DNA of 64,000 nucleotides from Veleropilina oligotropha (lineage: Eukaryota), in assembly GCA_048128005.1 (NCBI GenBank), contig JBEUKZ010000009.1, forward strand, positions 1-64,000, read 5' to 3'. Below the pieces are notes generated by a model that saw nothing but the letters and a program-made list of their open reading frames with translations, was not told the DNA's origin and did no database searches. Shown in pieces: positions 25,401-38,925 of the stretch (the stretch's first letter is position 1; every line of letters begins with the position of its first letter). Made by a program: the position numbers and the translations under genes.

Positions 25401-28400
25401 GGCGGGGATATGTGAACCGACTGGCTCGGCAAAGCAGGGTTCAGCCACCCTGCTGTCGAGTGATTGAACCAATGCCGAAGATCGATACGATCCGTCCACT
25501 GTCCCGTCCGTTGTACCCAGCGGTCTCTAAAGGCCCGCTGTAACAGTTGTTTGTCCATCCCATCGGTATAAGGGGCGCTACCGACTCGATGTGCCCTAAG
25601 ACAGTGGACAGTGGCTATCCCCGATGACCTCATGTCCTGGATAACTGCGCGTAGGTTCTCGATACGTTTTCCGGTCGGCTTTGCAGTGTACCGGACCGTG
25701 TCGAAGACGACTCCGAGAAATGTAAACGTCGTCGAGGGCACGAAGCAGGATTTGGTCTTGTTGATCTGAAATCCGAGGGGCTTCGCCGATGAGAGGGTAA
25801 AGCACGTAGACTGGAGGCACAGATGCCGGGACGCCCCGAGGATCAGCCAGTCGTCAAGGTACATAATTATGTACCCTGTGCCCTAGAGAATGTAGGAAGG
25901 TCCAGAGGGCCTGTAATGTTCTCGTGAAGATGTAGGGGGCTGACGATAGACTGTACAATAGACACCTTACTTGGTAGATCGTCTCCCCGTGCATAACCTG
26001 AGGTACTGATGAGCCGAGGCGTGCATCGGAACATGCAAGTATGCATCGTCAGGTCGATAGACGCTGCCCAGTCGCCCGGACAGATGGCCGCTCGTATCTT
26101 CGAGAGTGTATCTTGCAGGAACTTCTCAGTACGCAAATAGCGGTTGAGGTGCGAGAGATCGAGGATCGGTCTCCAGCAAGAAATGGCTGTAGAATCCTGG
26201 TGTGCTGCGCGGCGCGGGATAGATGGCTCCTATCAGGAGTAAGTCCCGCACTGCCTGGTCTAAGACCGCTGGCTTCTCTCCGTGAAGGAGGCGAGCGCGT
26301 TTTGGTGGTGGTGTCACGGTTAGGGTTGGATGCCGGTTGAATGCCAACTTTATCCAGCACTCACGACTGAGTGGACCCAGCTGCTGTCTGTCAGTTCCAG
26401 CCACGTCTGGCTGTAGGCTAACAGACAAGCTCCCACCGGCGGAAGCTCGCAGCTGTGCGTTTCGCGAGTGTCGGCAACCCTAGGGCCGTGACGGTTTTCC
26501 CCTCCCGCTCTGACGGGATCTGGTTGGAGGAACTTTCTTCTCGTTGGATTTCCGGGCCAGAGGCCCACCCCGAGGTTTGGCACGCTTGGATGGTTTCGGG
26601 CCCCGGAACGGGGCCCGATGGCTTCCTTGAGGGGGCAGGAGGAGGACCCCGAGGGGTGGTCAACACTGCTCGCTCAATCGCGCGATCCTTCAGCTAAGTG
26701 GCTCTCTTCTCGACAAATGCAGCGAACTCGCCTCCGAAGAGAGTCGGGGCCGACAAGGGCGCACATCGCAGAGGACAACATCACTGTCTAACAATGTGCC
26801 CTCGAGGCAGGCGTCCCTACGAAGTAGGAGCGCATTGCCTAGGACACGAGCAGACTCCAACGCGTTGCTCTCCATGGCAGTGGCAACCTCGTGGAGGAAA
26901 GACAGGGCGGTCTCGTGAGTGCCGGGTCCGTCCTCCTGTAGAACGGCTATCGCACCGTCCAGGAACGAGTCCTGTACGGAAGACAGCCGCAGAGCCCGTC
27001 GGGCAGAGCTCTCGAAGGTATCCATGGCGGCCCATGGCACCTTCGCTACCGAGGGACATTGGCTGGCGGACAGACGACGCATCGCTACGTCAATCTGTGC
27101 TGGTTCCGCCACCAGGCATGGCTCAGAAAAGGCGATCGGTAAACATCGCTTACTGGGCCGGAGGTATCTTTCTCTACGGAGAGAAGACGTCTCCACTGTT
27201 TTGCCTCCCTGAATGGCCCGGGTGGTCTGATCAACATCTGACCACGGACCACATCCACCAAGCCAGACTGGGGGTGAATAGGAAGCAGGGGAGCTTCCGA
27301 CTCGGAAAAACGGTGTGCTGCCGTCCTGTGTTTGACCGTACCTACCGGCCGGGCCGGGTAGATCTAACACCCCGCGAAGCGACGCGACCGCGTCGTATCC
27401 TCGGCGGGTGGTGGAGATCGGCTCCAACATGCCTGATTGACTACGAGTGTCATCGGGACCGACCGATTCAAGGAGATCGGAATGATCGGAGGGTATGTCC
27501 TCGTCGGAACGAGGGTCGACCTTAATCACCGAGGCAGTAGCCGTGCTCTGCGCCACGGGCAGAGGAGCAGGGACCTGGGGCGGCTGAGCAGCCGGGGAGC
27601 CAGGCCCTACTGTGGGCATCGAATTCCGCCGCAATCATTGCCTGGACGCTCTCCAGAGAGAGACCAGCAGGCATGACGGGCGTCGATCAAACAGCCAGTG
27701 GATCGCTCGAGGTTACCGTGGCACATTGTAGACGGGCTGCTGGGCCAGGTTGATACGAGAACCAGGGTCTCGCATCGCCTGTCGAGCGGTTGCTACCGGA
27801 CAACTGGCCAAGAGGCGGGTTAACCGGAGCTCGGAGCATTACATAGTCCCGTGAAGGTCGTCGCCCTGTTCAGTGGGCAGACGGGGGAACACCCGCGTGC
27901 GTGCCCATCCCGAACGCAGCCGGTCCGTCCGCGCCAACTAGTCTGAACCCAAGGGGGACAGGGGAGTTGACGGGCCCTCCGACAAGACTGTGAGCTCAGA
28001 GGTGTAAGGACCAACCCTGGAGAGGGTCGGTCGCATCATCGGTCAGTGAGTCTGGCTTCGCTGGGGGTCCGGATCTTAAACCACCTTGGTGTTGTGCGGC
28101 AACTATACCAGCTTTCCCTGCAGTCTGCTGTATGCCGCTTGACATAGAACTTCTTGCCGAAGGACTAGCCGTCCCCTGCTCTTCCGAGGCCGGAAGAGAA
28201 GAAGGGGACCGCCTGCCCTGTTCAGCCATTCGCTGTAAGGTCCGATGTACCTTGTTAGCCGACAAGGTACTGCTGGACGCAGCTACTTGGCCCATGGTTC
28301 GAGGCGAGTCGGACAGCACTCGGGCTACTCTTACCTCCTGAATGTGGGACGCCGGCGAGGTTCCGACCGCTTTCCCCAAAGCTGTGGGAGTGTCGGCGGC

Positions 28401-30906
28401 GGGTCCTGCGATATGCGATGCCCTAGTTCGCGTGTCGCGTCGCATCCCTGAAACAGACGAATTAGAATTAGATCCTAACTTACCAGTCGTCTGTTCCTCC
28501 GGGGAATTCCCAACCGAGTCGAACTCCCTGGTAGTCTTCGCGGCTGGGTAGATGAGTGCCCACTGCCTATTCGTTAATGCAAAACAACAATTCCAAGGGT
28601 ATTTTGCGCTAGAGTTACGGTGTATGCGACATAACCGTATGTCGAAGCTGTGTATCTTTTTTATTACACTCCGGGTTGCTGTAGCGGACCATGGCTGATC
28701 ACGGATCACGCCCTAAACACACGGGTAGGATAGGTAGTAGGAAACAGGGAATTTAAGGGATATCCTGGTAGTATGCTTCATGTGATATAAACTACACCTT
28801 AAATTTTATAGGGGTCTCTAATCCGAAGTATAAAGATAAGACCGGATATCAACCTGTGACTTGTTATTAATTACACTCCGGGTTGCCAGTTACAGAACAA
28901 CTATCCCGACTAGAATTGACACCAAGTCCGACGTATAAGCTTTATTAAAACGGCTAGTCGGAAACTAACAAATTTAATGCAGGAGTTATATATAGATACA
29001 GCCGCCGTAAAAAAACACCTGAAAACCTCGTGGATGTTGATTTCAATAGGTTAGAACTGTGGCGAAATATCCCAGATTCGGCAGATAGACCAAATAACGC
29101 ACGTTAATACCTAAATATCTCTGCCTTGATAGCGATGCTAAATTCGATTGAACAAAGTTACTAAGAATTTAAGCAAGATGCGTCGCTAAGGAATAATCTA
29201 ATATATATATGAATTACAAAGCAAATCAAATAATATTAGACAAAAGACTTCTTCCTCTGAAAGGTTCGTGTAAAACACAAAGCTCTCATGCTTAAAGAAC
29301 TTTTCCCTCCTGTTAGCAGCCTCTTTAGATCTTTCACTTAATATCCAATATGGCGGCGTAAACGGAGTGAAGTCTCGTGGTCCGCAATTTAATCACAACT
29401 TCTTTTGATAATAACGGTCCCGTAGTACTTCCAAAACACAGTGTGGCTAAACACCGATTATATATATATAATCCTGCACTGTATAGTGCGAAAATGTAGA
29501 CTTTATCATCCACAATATGTGCTTAAATAAGTCGCTTGAAGGATAGAAGACAAGCACGTCTGTATGGTTTGTCGGAAGACTTAAAATTGGCATGCTCGGC
29601 CTTGGTCTCTGAGATCTCGCGAGACTTGGGCAGGTCTCGTGGGAGGAACGTTGAGGAGGGTAGCAGGGGAGGTAAGCATGTGTAAAAATACTAAGAAAGT
29701 GAAACGCTTTTCCGTTTCCGGTTTAGCGATAATATGGCTATTACAGGCCACGATAATTGAAAAATCTACGTAACACAAAATTGGGTTACGTCAATTTTAC
29801 TGGCATAACCCATTTGGTTACGCAAATTATTTGTCATGTATTTCACTTAATATGGGTGATGTGAAAGAAGTAATGCTTAATAGCCTTATAATTAACAGAT
29901 TAGATGCAAGCCTAGGCTAGTCAACCTTCCAAACATTGATTAATTGGTGAAATATTGTACGACCGCTTTTAACAATATTTCAGCCTAGACTCCAGATTTA
30001 ATGTTTCCTTCCGATCAGTTGACTTTTGTCTAAAATAACCAGCCAGTATTCATAACATGGTCATACTATTATACATGCACTGACTAACTGCAAGGAAAAT
30101 ATTTTAATACTACTATTAATTTCATGATCATCCTGGATGCCAACTAGAGATTATATACCCTGAAATATACATTGTCCTTCTCAAAAGGTATGAGATGAAA
30201 TATTGCCACCTGAGTCAATTTTAGGTAGTCATTCAATATTTATAAAGGCAAAATTAAAATTTTAAAAGTTATTTCAATCACTTAATTCATGGATATCAGG
30301 TTATGTTAACTATGTTTTATTATTAATTGCTTTGCTGTCATATAAAAGCAAGCAAAAGTAAAACTTTACTAATAATTAATAGATACTTTCCATAAAATTA
30401 CTTAAATTTCTGAACAGCAATTTTAGAACAAATCCATTTTAAAGCCATTCCCCTAGAGTCAAATTTAAGTTTTCAGAAAACCTCCTACTTAATCACAGTT
30501 TTTCAGTTCAGCGTTTTTATAGACAAGATACCAACTAGTATATACAGAAACTCAGTTGTTTAAACGAATGCGTGCGTTAGTAAAAACAATGGCGGAACAT
30601 GTGGAAAAAAAGCGACTTTGGAGACATTATGATCAAGTTAAGTGAATAAAATGTGAATTTAATAGTTCTTTGAATACATGGATAACTTTTTAAAGAAGTA
30701 ATAGATAATCTAGCGAATATGCATGTTGTTTTTGCAGACTGATACTACTATTTGAAAAAACGAAGTTTTATTTAGCGCGAACAAATTTTTGTTCGCGTCA
30801 TTTTGGAATTGCGTAACCGACACGCGAACGAAACGATCGTTCGCGTGAAAAATCGCGGCTTGCTATTATGGCATTGGTAATGACGTAGAGTATATTGCCA
30901 CTAATA
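22441..30906 (-). mobile_element. DIRS1-type retrotransposon copy 1 (divergent subfamily, decayed)
   Basis: 3' ITR from 22441; ICR ~22739-22828. Frameshifted YR (23640-24620), RT/RNaseH/MT (YLDD, TDAS, TDN, YAFP) and gag (26480-28710). The 5' ITR at 29586-29743 plus 30863-30906 is split by an insertion. Confidence 0.9.
29744..30862. mobile_element. Non-autonomous TIR transposon inserted into the ITR of DIRS copy 1
   Basis: Short TIRs CAGGCCACGAT and ATCGCGGCTTG, with flanking duplication CTATTA (29738-29743 and 30863-30868). The ITR resumes exactly after it. Confidence 0.75.
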
Positions 30907-31249
30907 TACTCCACATACGTACCACATCAAACTAATTACTACATCTATTACATCTGACAGATGATTATCCTGGTCTTCTAGCTTACCAGAGCATGGTCTC
31001 TCCGCTCTCTGTCTGAGTCTATATTTAAAATGTCTTCTAAATCGAGTTTACAGCTGTGGTCATCCGAGTCATTCTGAAAGTAATGCAAAACAGAATAATA
31101 AAGTTAAACATATGAGTCCGACCAGGCTGAAGTAAATACGCAACATACGTTTATACTGCTAAAACATTTTTTCGATATGGTTACTTTAAATAGGAACACA
31201 ATTTGATTTCTGTATAGATCTATCCGAAAGACAAATGTGCAAGGGAGAT

Positions 31250-31783
31250 CTTCTTCTTTTGTTTGCTGCCGCTTCCTTCTCGTCACACCTGCAGCTCGGT
31301 AGAAGACAGCCATGTTCTCGTCTCATTGTCAAGCGTGACAATCCCGGGTTCGCCGTTGGGTGGCCGGTGCTGTGGACAGGACTCGATGATGTGGTCGACC
31401 GTCTGCTCTGGATGGCCACACTCGCATACGGCGGACTCCCTCAGTCCCCAGCCTTTCATGGTGGCTGCGAAGCGGCCGACAACGGTTCGAAGGCGATTGA
31501 GCGTTGTCCATTGCCTGTGCGGTAGGTCCTCGCCTGGGTTCTCCACGAATTTATGCAGCCGGGAGCGGTCTGCTGACCGCCACTCTTCCGTCCAACGGCG
31601 TTTGATCCATAGTTTTTTAGAGACATCGTCTGGTGTTGAGCGCAGGAGCGGGTGGGCTTGCTCCGCGAAGGGATGTCGTGAATTCAAGCGTGCGCATTGT
31701 GGGGGTCTTGTGGAGGTGGTCCTCGTCATTGATGGCCTTGGGGGACAGGGCTAGGACGGCTGCTTCACGTCGCAGGGTTGATG
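31250..31783 (-). mobile_element. 5'-truncated Vingi/Ingi-like non-LTR retrotransposon (C-terminal zinc knuckle)
   Basis: RLNSRHPF...WTTLNRLRTVVGRF...WG...CECGHPEQTVDHIIESCP, a GAA-rich tail, and a 13-bp TSD GTGCAAGGGAGAT (31237-31249 and 31784-31796). Confidence 0.8.
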
Positions 31784-32545
31784 GTGCAAGGGAGATGAAG
31801 GGCTTGAGATGTGAGTTCCAAGCAGATCTACGAATCGAACTTGGGTCTCTGGCATCATCTGGGTCAGCATCATATAACCCACAGAACTTTGTATTTAATA
31901 CTGAAGATGTTGTCTAGAGTATCAAATTATTATGTCCTAGATTGTTTTAACTCTCAACATGATAATGGTCTGAAACCTATTTGAACTGTTTCACCCCAAT
32001 TGTAAATGAAGGATCATGTTGGTTAAAGTTTTGATTGATGTAGCCTAGCTATAAATAAATGTAATCCTATGAATCCGGTTAATTGTTACCCATCAACATC
32101 ATAGTCTGTTAGAGGCTATGAGGAAGTGTTATTTTTAGCAGTATTCAATCAATTTGCATGCAATTTAATAGGCACGTATAAATTAACCCAGAAAAGAAAT
32201 AAGAGTTCAACCAACATTAAAACGCAGACAAAGAACGCAACCTATTATGCGAACAGCTACAGCCCTACAGTGTCAATAGCCAAATCAATATAACACTCCT
32301 TCAATGTGTGCCTCAGACCGTATATGACAGGGAGAGAAAAGGTACCTTCTGAGCCAGGTCCACTATAGCCCATGTATGTCATGGCTATTTTAGACAGGAT
32401 TTATTATCGCGCATCCTGGATATTAATATGACATACCAAATTTAGTGTTTGTATTCAATAGTCATGATAGATGTTGTGTCGTGATTATTGTATATATTTA
32501 AAAAATAAAATTTGAAATATGGTGAGGAATTTGAATACGCAAGTC

Positions 32546-33372
32546 AACAAGAGTCATCGGAAGATGACGGATCCCCCGGTTCAATGTTAACGAATATCCC
32601 GCGCGGGATGCCACATGCGGATAACCGGACAGGAATAAACCGCATACATGAAAACATAGCCTAATACACCCAGCAAGTTTCATAAAGTTATGTCGAACGG
32701 TGTACAAGATACGCTTCGGAAAAAATAACATGAACAAATTTATAGCAAGGGCAATAACTCTGTTAACAATCGCCACACGACTTCGAGACTGGCAAAAGGC
32801 ATCAGTTCACCTACTACGTAATACACCCAGCAAGTTTCATAAAGTTATATTGAGAGGTGTGCGAAATACGCTCGGGAAAATATAACATTTACAAATTTAC
32901 AGGAAGGGCAATAACTCTGTTAATAATCGCTGCACAACGTCGAGACTGGCAAAAGGCACCAGTTCACCTACTACGTAATGCACCCAGCTAGTTTCATAAA
33001 GTTATGTCGAACAGTGTACGAGATATGCTCCAGAAACGATATCGATTACATAGAGACAGACGGATGGACGGACAGACAGACTGGGCGATTTAGCCTAATG
33101 CACCCAGCAAGTTTCATCAAGTTATGTCGAGCAGTGTACGAGATACACTCCGGGAAAAATAACATTAACAAATTTACAGCAAGGGCAATAACTCTGTTAT
33201 TAATCGCAGCACAACGTCTAGACAAGCAAAAGGCAGCAATTCACGTAATACACCCAGCAGGTTTCGTAAAGTTATGTCGAACGGTGTACGAGATATGCTC
33301 CGGAAACGATATCGATTACATAGACAGACTGGGCGATCGCAAGATCCCCCCAGTTAGCATCGGGGGGATAAT
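32546..33372 (+). mobile_element. Helentron-associated HINE-like element with internal tandem units
   Basis: 5' AACAAGAG, GATCCCCC subterminal repeats, repeated CACCCAGCAAGTTTCATAAAGTTATGTCGAAC units, ACAG/ACGG microsatellite, and a 3' hairpin ATCCCCCC...GGGGGGAT. Confidence 0.65.
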
Positions 33373-36300
33373 AAAATAATAGCCACATCAAAACTAATAT
33401 GTATGTGAAGTTGTTAGATCAGTCATGTCATTTATTTGTAAATGATAAGTCATGACAATAAATCCATTACTTTACATTTTATACGATATACAATAATATA
33501 TTTTATACAATAAAACAAAAATAAATCAATGGAATCAAACAACGGACACCAAAAATATGTGTATGACGTGCTAAACTAGTTCATATAAATCCTTTCAAAA
33601 ATCCAAGTTATGCTACTAAGTCTATGCATTAAGCGGCTATTAACAGCAATGATGCATATGCCTAGATCTCTGCAATCTTGAACAAACATTTAACACCTGC
33701 AAGGATAAAATTGTCTTTGAAATGTCCAGTCTGAAAGCTGGCCAGTCTCGTTTCATGGTAAACAGAAAACAAACAAGCATTTTCCAGCCTAAGGACGCAA
33801 AACAACGCCGTAAATACCAATAGCCTTTAGAAACAAAGGAACTGTGGAAGATATAATTAATATCTAACTACCTTCAGTGTCTAACAAAGAAAGCGTGGAC
33901 GAAAATAAGTAAATAGTAATATATATAACTTTTGTATAGTAATATTTCATGACATGTTGAAGCTTTACTAATTTAACTGCCGTAGAATCTGATCTTACCC
34001 AACAATACCATTGTCACTTTTGTAGCTATACATAATACTTCAACAAGAGCGAAAGTGGCAGTGGACACTAATCTAATGCTGAACCTGCCCAGTGAACATA
34101 GCTCAGATAAACAGTGGTTATCCTATACCCTTCACTCCCAGGGCTATAACCAGCTATATTTAACCCCCTCATTACTCCATAATTAAACCAGTGCTCCTCA
34201 TAGACAGCTATCAGTGAGGCCTCCAATATTCCCATCTCGGGTTACAAAACAAAGACATCAGCCAGCCAACCTCAATAACCACAACTACTTGCTGATGTTG
34301 GGCTAAATTTTGCAGTCAAGTAGATATATAACAAATTCAATTAATTCCATAGGGTAGCAATCATACATATCTCATAGCCTACACAAATATCTGTAACCCA
34401 CAGCTATTGAGAAAAAAATATTGCACTAAAGAATATACAATATATATAGCTCTGGAGTAGCTATATTTATTCAAGTTATGGGCATCAATGTACAAGTCAT
34501 ACACATATAATTAAAAAATAATGACATGCCAATCCTTCAGTATAAATAGTAAAGTAGTTGTATGATATACTTAGAGCAGCCTTAAACAATTTGGATACTT
34601 CCCAAGCTTCATACTTCTGTAAAATGGAAAATAAAAAATATCTATCTTATCCTACTGAACAGGTCAATCCTGAGGAAAGATGGTAATATCTGTCGAACGG
34701 AATTGATCCTCACTTGCTGAGTGAATTCAGTGAGTAAGAGTGCTGCAGTAGATGGCGAGTAAACTGGATGTACCCTATCAACAACTGACCAAATACTTGA
34801 GATAAGTACATTTATGTATATTAAAATTACTGTTCATCATTCACATTGGTTAAGTCCATGTGTCTCCCTTCTAATCAGATCATCGAATGCATGGTGTTGA
34901 ACATCTACCCGTGAACCAACACAATGACTTCAGTAAGACCATGAGTTCACCACTGTTTCCCACAGCCTGAGTGTGTTTGCAGAGTGGCCAACTTCCCTGT
35001 TCACTTTAAACTCTTGGACCCATTGAATTTTTCACTATGCGGATAATTTGTTTAGAAAGCAATGAAATTATTGGAAAGATTGCTCCACGAACATAGGAAT
35101 ATTGCATGGTAATAAACACACACCATCTTGAATACACACCGACCAGTGATAAAAACTGCAAACAAGTTTGACAGCTAAATATTTGTTGCAAAACTATGGG
35201 TTCAATGACAACTCGCCACCACATCGTGCTCAGAATGAATGCTGCGCAATGCGAAAGATTGAACTTGACAAAAATCAATCATTGATTACGACATACCATT
35301 GTCTTGCATCACCATCTTGTGCCAGATATAACATGCAATCAGTGATTTCATACATACCATGATGCAGTTAACTATAGATTGTCAGATATAACTGTATAGG
35401 TTCTGGCCGTTAAAGTATATAACGCTCCGGCTGACAGTGTATTATTTATTATATAATACTCTCAACATTTTTTATTGCTCAATAAATTCAACACAAATGT
35501 TAGCCGGAAACAAAGTCTTGACCAAATGTAAGTCTATCTAATTTTATACACTGGCTTTATATATATATAACAGTTATATTGACATCTAAGAGATAACGCA
35601 TCTTCCTTCAAATGCTTAAACCGTCATTAATTCTTCATTTTCAATGTTTACAAATTACATCAAGATGGCTACTGGCATTAAATATCCCAACTATCATTCT
35701 TCTTAACTATGTTAAGGCAAGAATTAATGTCTATGAGTTATGAAATTAGACTTGTTAATTAAGAGCCAGGAACATCATCAAAGAAATCAAGAGGCTGGCA
35801 TGGCCATCTACCAAGACCTGTGGCTTTCATCTTAGCTCCATTCCCTGGTCACATGACAACTGACAAATTTATGACATGGCCATTCCATTGGTGCCAGAGG
35901 ATGTCTCTTGCTCCATCTGTCTGCTGACATCTGACCTGGGAATGTTGACCTTTGTCTCCAAAAGCACAGGTGAATGCTGAATCTTCTTGGCCTCTCCCTG
36001 AAGCTTAGTGGCTATCAATTAAGTTAATGAAACTTGAGAGGCTGGCAATTACAGAGCACTGACTGCTGTAGAGTACTGTAAGCATCATCAAAGCTCTCTG
36101 AAGGCCTGGAGTGATGGATAACAGACGAACTGGCATCCCAGAGGCACTAGGCTAACTCACATACAAAACAGTTATTGGAACAAAATTAATGTAAACATTG
36201 AGATGGACTTTCTAGTGCCTTTCATCATCCTTTACATTGGCACAAGTGAATGATATCATGATATTGACTTTTTGCCTATTACTGAATAATACAGGTAATA

Positions 36301-36674
36301 AATATTATGAACATGATATAATTACACCGAACGACTCAGTTTCATGAACAGTGTATGAACACACGTAACATTCCATATATTGTGCAACAATCTTTATACA
36401 TATTATTTCCAGCAATCTAAAAATATGGTAAGCATATTTTGCTAACAAAAAGTTATGAAGTTCTATAATAATGCTTATGTTAGTACGCTTTAATAGAATA
36501 TTAAATAATCACTGAAAATTATGACAGGATTCCAACAATTGCACATAACTAGCAACTTTCTCGAGCCCAAATGTTGATTAAAATAATCATTTGGGGTCCC
36601 GAGTTCAACCATTCACAACGAAGACAATGGCATATACCTCTACTATTGTCTGGGGATACAAATAATAGCTATCC

Positions 36675-36797
36675 GGGTGACATTACTAATTCATACAGAT
36701 TACCTAATAGCGATCATTGTCAGATGCTTCAATATCAGGGTGACATTACTAATTCATACAGATCACCTAATAGCGATTCTTGTCAGATGCTTCAAGT
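36675..36797. repeat. Tandem duplication of about 63 bp
   Basis: GGGTGACATTACTAATTCATACAGAT...TGTCAGATGCTTCAA occurs twice. Confidence 0.85.
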
Positions 36798-37932
36798 ATA
36801 AATGTGCTCTAGCATAATGCTGCATATCTATAGAATGACAGAACAATAATTTACCCCTTAGCTGACATGGTTGGTTGGTTGTGACCACTAGACAGAATAA
36901 CGACAACCTGATATGATTGTGGCGGACACTCAGATTACATCTTTAGTTATGGATTTGTTCACAACGTTATCAGTGTACAATCTGCAATTGTCATTGTCAG
37001 ATTGGGAACACAAGATTTGTGGCCATAACATTTTAGCATATCTAGTACTCTAATCAGCAATGGTGATTATTATGGTCAGTGATTAGATTCAAAGTCAGTC
37101 AAGTGTAATGTTTATTTCTTTCATTTCAATAATCTATAACACAAATGTTCATAGCGCTTATTGCTGAAGCTTGAAATGCAGTAGGTGACCGTCACCAGTC
37201 AAGAGTCGTAGGTAGAGTTGATTATAAAAACTAACTGCTAATAACAGCATGACATCTGATGAACCTCTCCTATCACATTTTATCGTCCTTTACTGAATGG
37301 GTACAGGAATTTGGTGGAGGAGAAACAACACTGATATACAAAACCAAGAGACGATTACTTACGTTTTGTCGTAGATAGGCCAGATTTGTCACCAAAAATG
37401 TGCACAAGGTCATTGACATCTATTGTAATTAATTAATTCATTGACATGGAAGCTACAATCAACAGTGCAAATATAAAAAAAACATCTTCTGTACACATAT
37501 TATAACCCACTACAGCCTCAGTTTTGAGTCTATTTCAAGTGGGCTCCCATTATTTGTATTACATAAATAAATACAGGATTCAGCCAGCACCAATACACAT
37601 TGGACTCATAATTACTTTTCTACCCTGAGCACAGACATCTGATTTGTTTCTTGCAGAAACAGTAAATGATCACTCAGAAACTAGCAGAGCATCATGATAA
37701 GGTAAACAGGGCTGTTACAGGAGTAGACTACAGGAATTTTTCCAATATCATACAAGTAGCTATCACAGTGGGAATCAGGGTTTCAACACTACTTTGAAAG
37801 TGTTGGTATAATATGGCAGTGGTAATGCATCAGAACAGAAAAGAAGACAATCAGACATCTGATGACTCTCATAACAGCCAAGCTTAATTAATTAACTAGA
37901 ACATATACACGAATGGATATCATGACCTGGTA

Positions 37933-38005
37933 ATATATATATATATAATATAATATAATATAATATATTATATAATATTTTATTATATTATATTATATTA
38001 TATTA

Positions 38006-38045
<40 letters not shown>

Positions 38046-38534
38046 CATACATACATACATACATACATACATACATACATACATACATACATACATACAT
38101 ACATACATACATACATACATACATACATACATACATACATACATACATACATACATACATACATACATACATACATACATACATACATACATACATACAT
38201 ACATACATACATACATACATACATACATACATACATACATACATACATACATACATACATACATACATACATACATACATACATACATACATACATACAT
38301 ACATACATACATACATACATACATACATACATACATACATACATACATACATACATACATACATACATACATACATACATACATACATACATACATACAT
38401 ACATACATACATACATACATACATACATACATACATACATACATACATACATACATACATACATACATACATACATACATACATACATACATACATACAT
38501 ACATACATACATACATACATACATACATACATAC
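37933..38534. repeat. (TA)n, (ATAAT)n and long (ACAT)n microsatellite, left flank of DIRS copy 2
   Basis: Directly visible. Confidence 0.95.
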
Positions 38535-38835
38535 ATGAGGTTTTAATGTAAACCTAATATTAGTATAAAACATACTTACGTCCTTACTCTTGCCATAATA
38601 GTATATTATCGCCCAAACCGGAAATGGTGAATATGTCCCATAATGCACCGTTAATAAGCCAAAAAAGCACACGGTTACCTCCCCTGCTCCTACCCCCCAC
38701 GTTCCCCAGCGAGACTTCGCCAAGTCTCGTGAGACTTCTGAACAATAGAAGTCACATGACATCAATTCAAAGTTCAAAAACCACAAAGGAACGTAGTAGA
38801 GGGGAGGAATGCGAAACGCAGGGTGGGTAATCGTG

Positions 38836-38925
38836 TAAGGACGTAAGTATGTTTTATACTAATATTAGGTTTACATTAAAACCTCATATATAGTTACAAA
38901 CATACTTACGTCCTTACTCTTGCCA
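38836..38925. repeat. Internal complementary region (ICR) of DIRS copy 2
   Basis: The left half is the reverse complement of the element end at 38535. The right half is the reverse complement of the end at 45992. Confidence 0.93.

Noticed and set aside
38570..38585. ATACTTAC resembling the 5' end of U1 snRNA
   Set aside because: Only 8 nt match; no U1 body or Sm site follows. Kept only as a motif observation.
37993..38786. Long ORFs of YVCM, IHTY or IY repeats (also 5-239, 45710-46403 and 54844-55262)
   Set aside because: They are translations of microsatellites, not genes.
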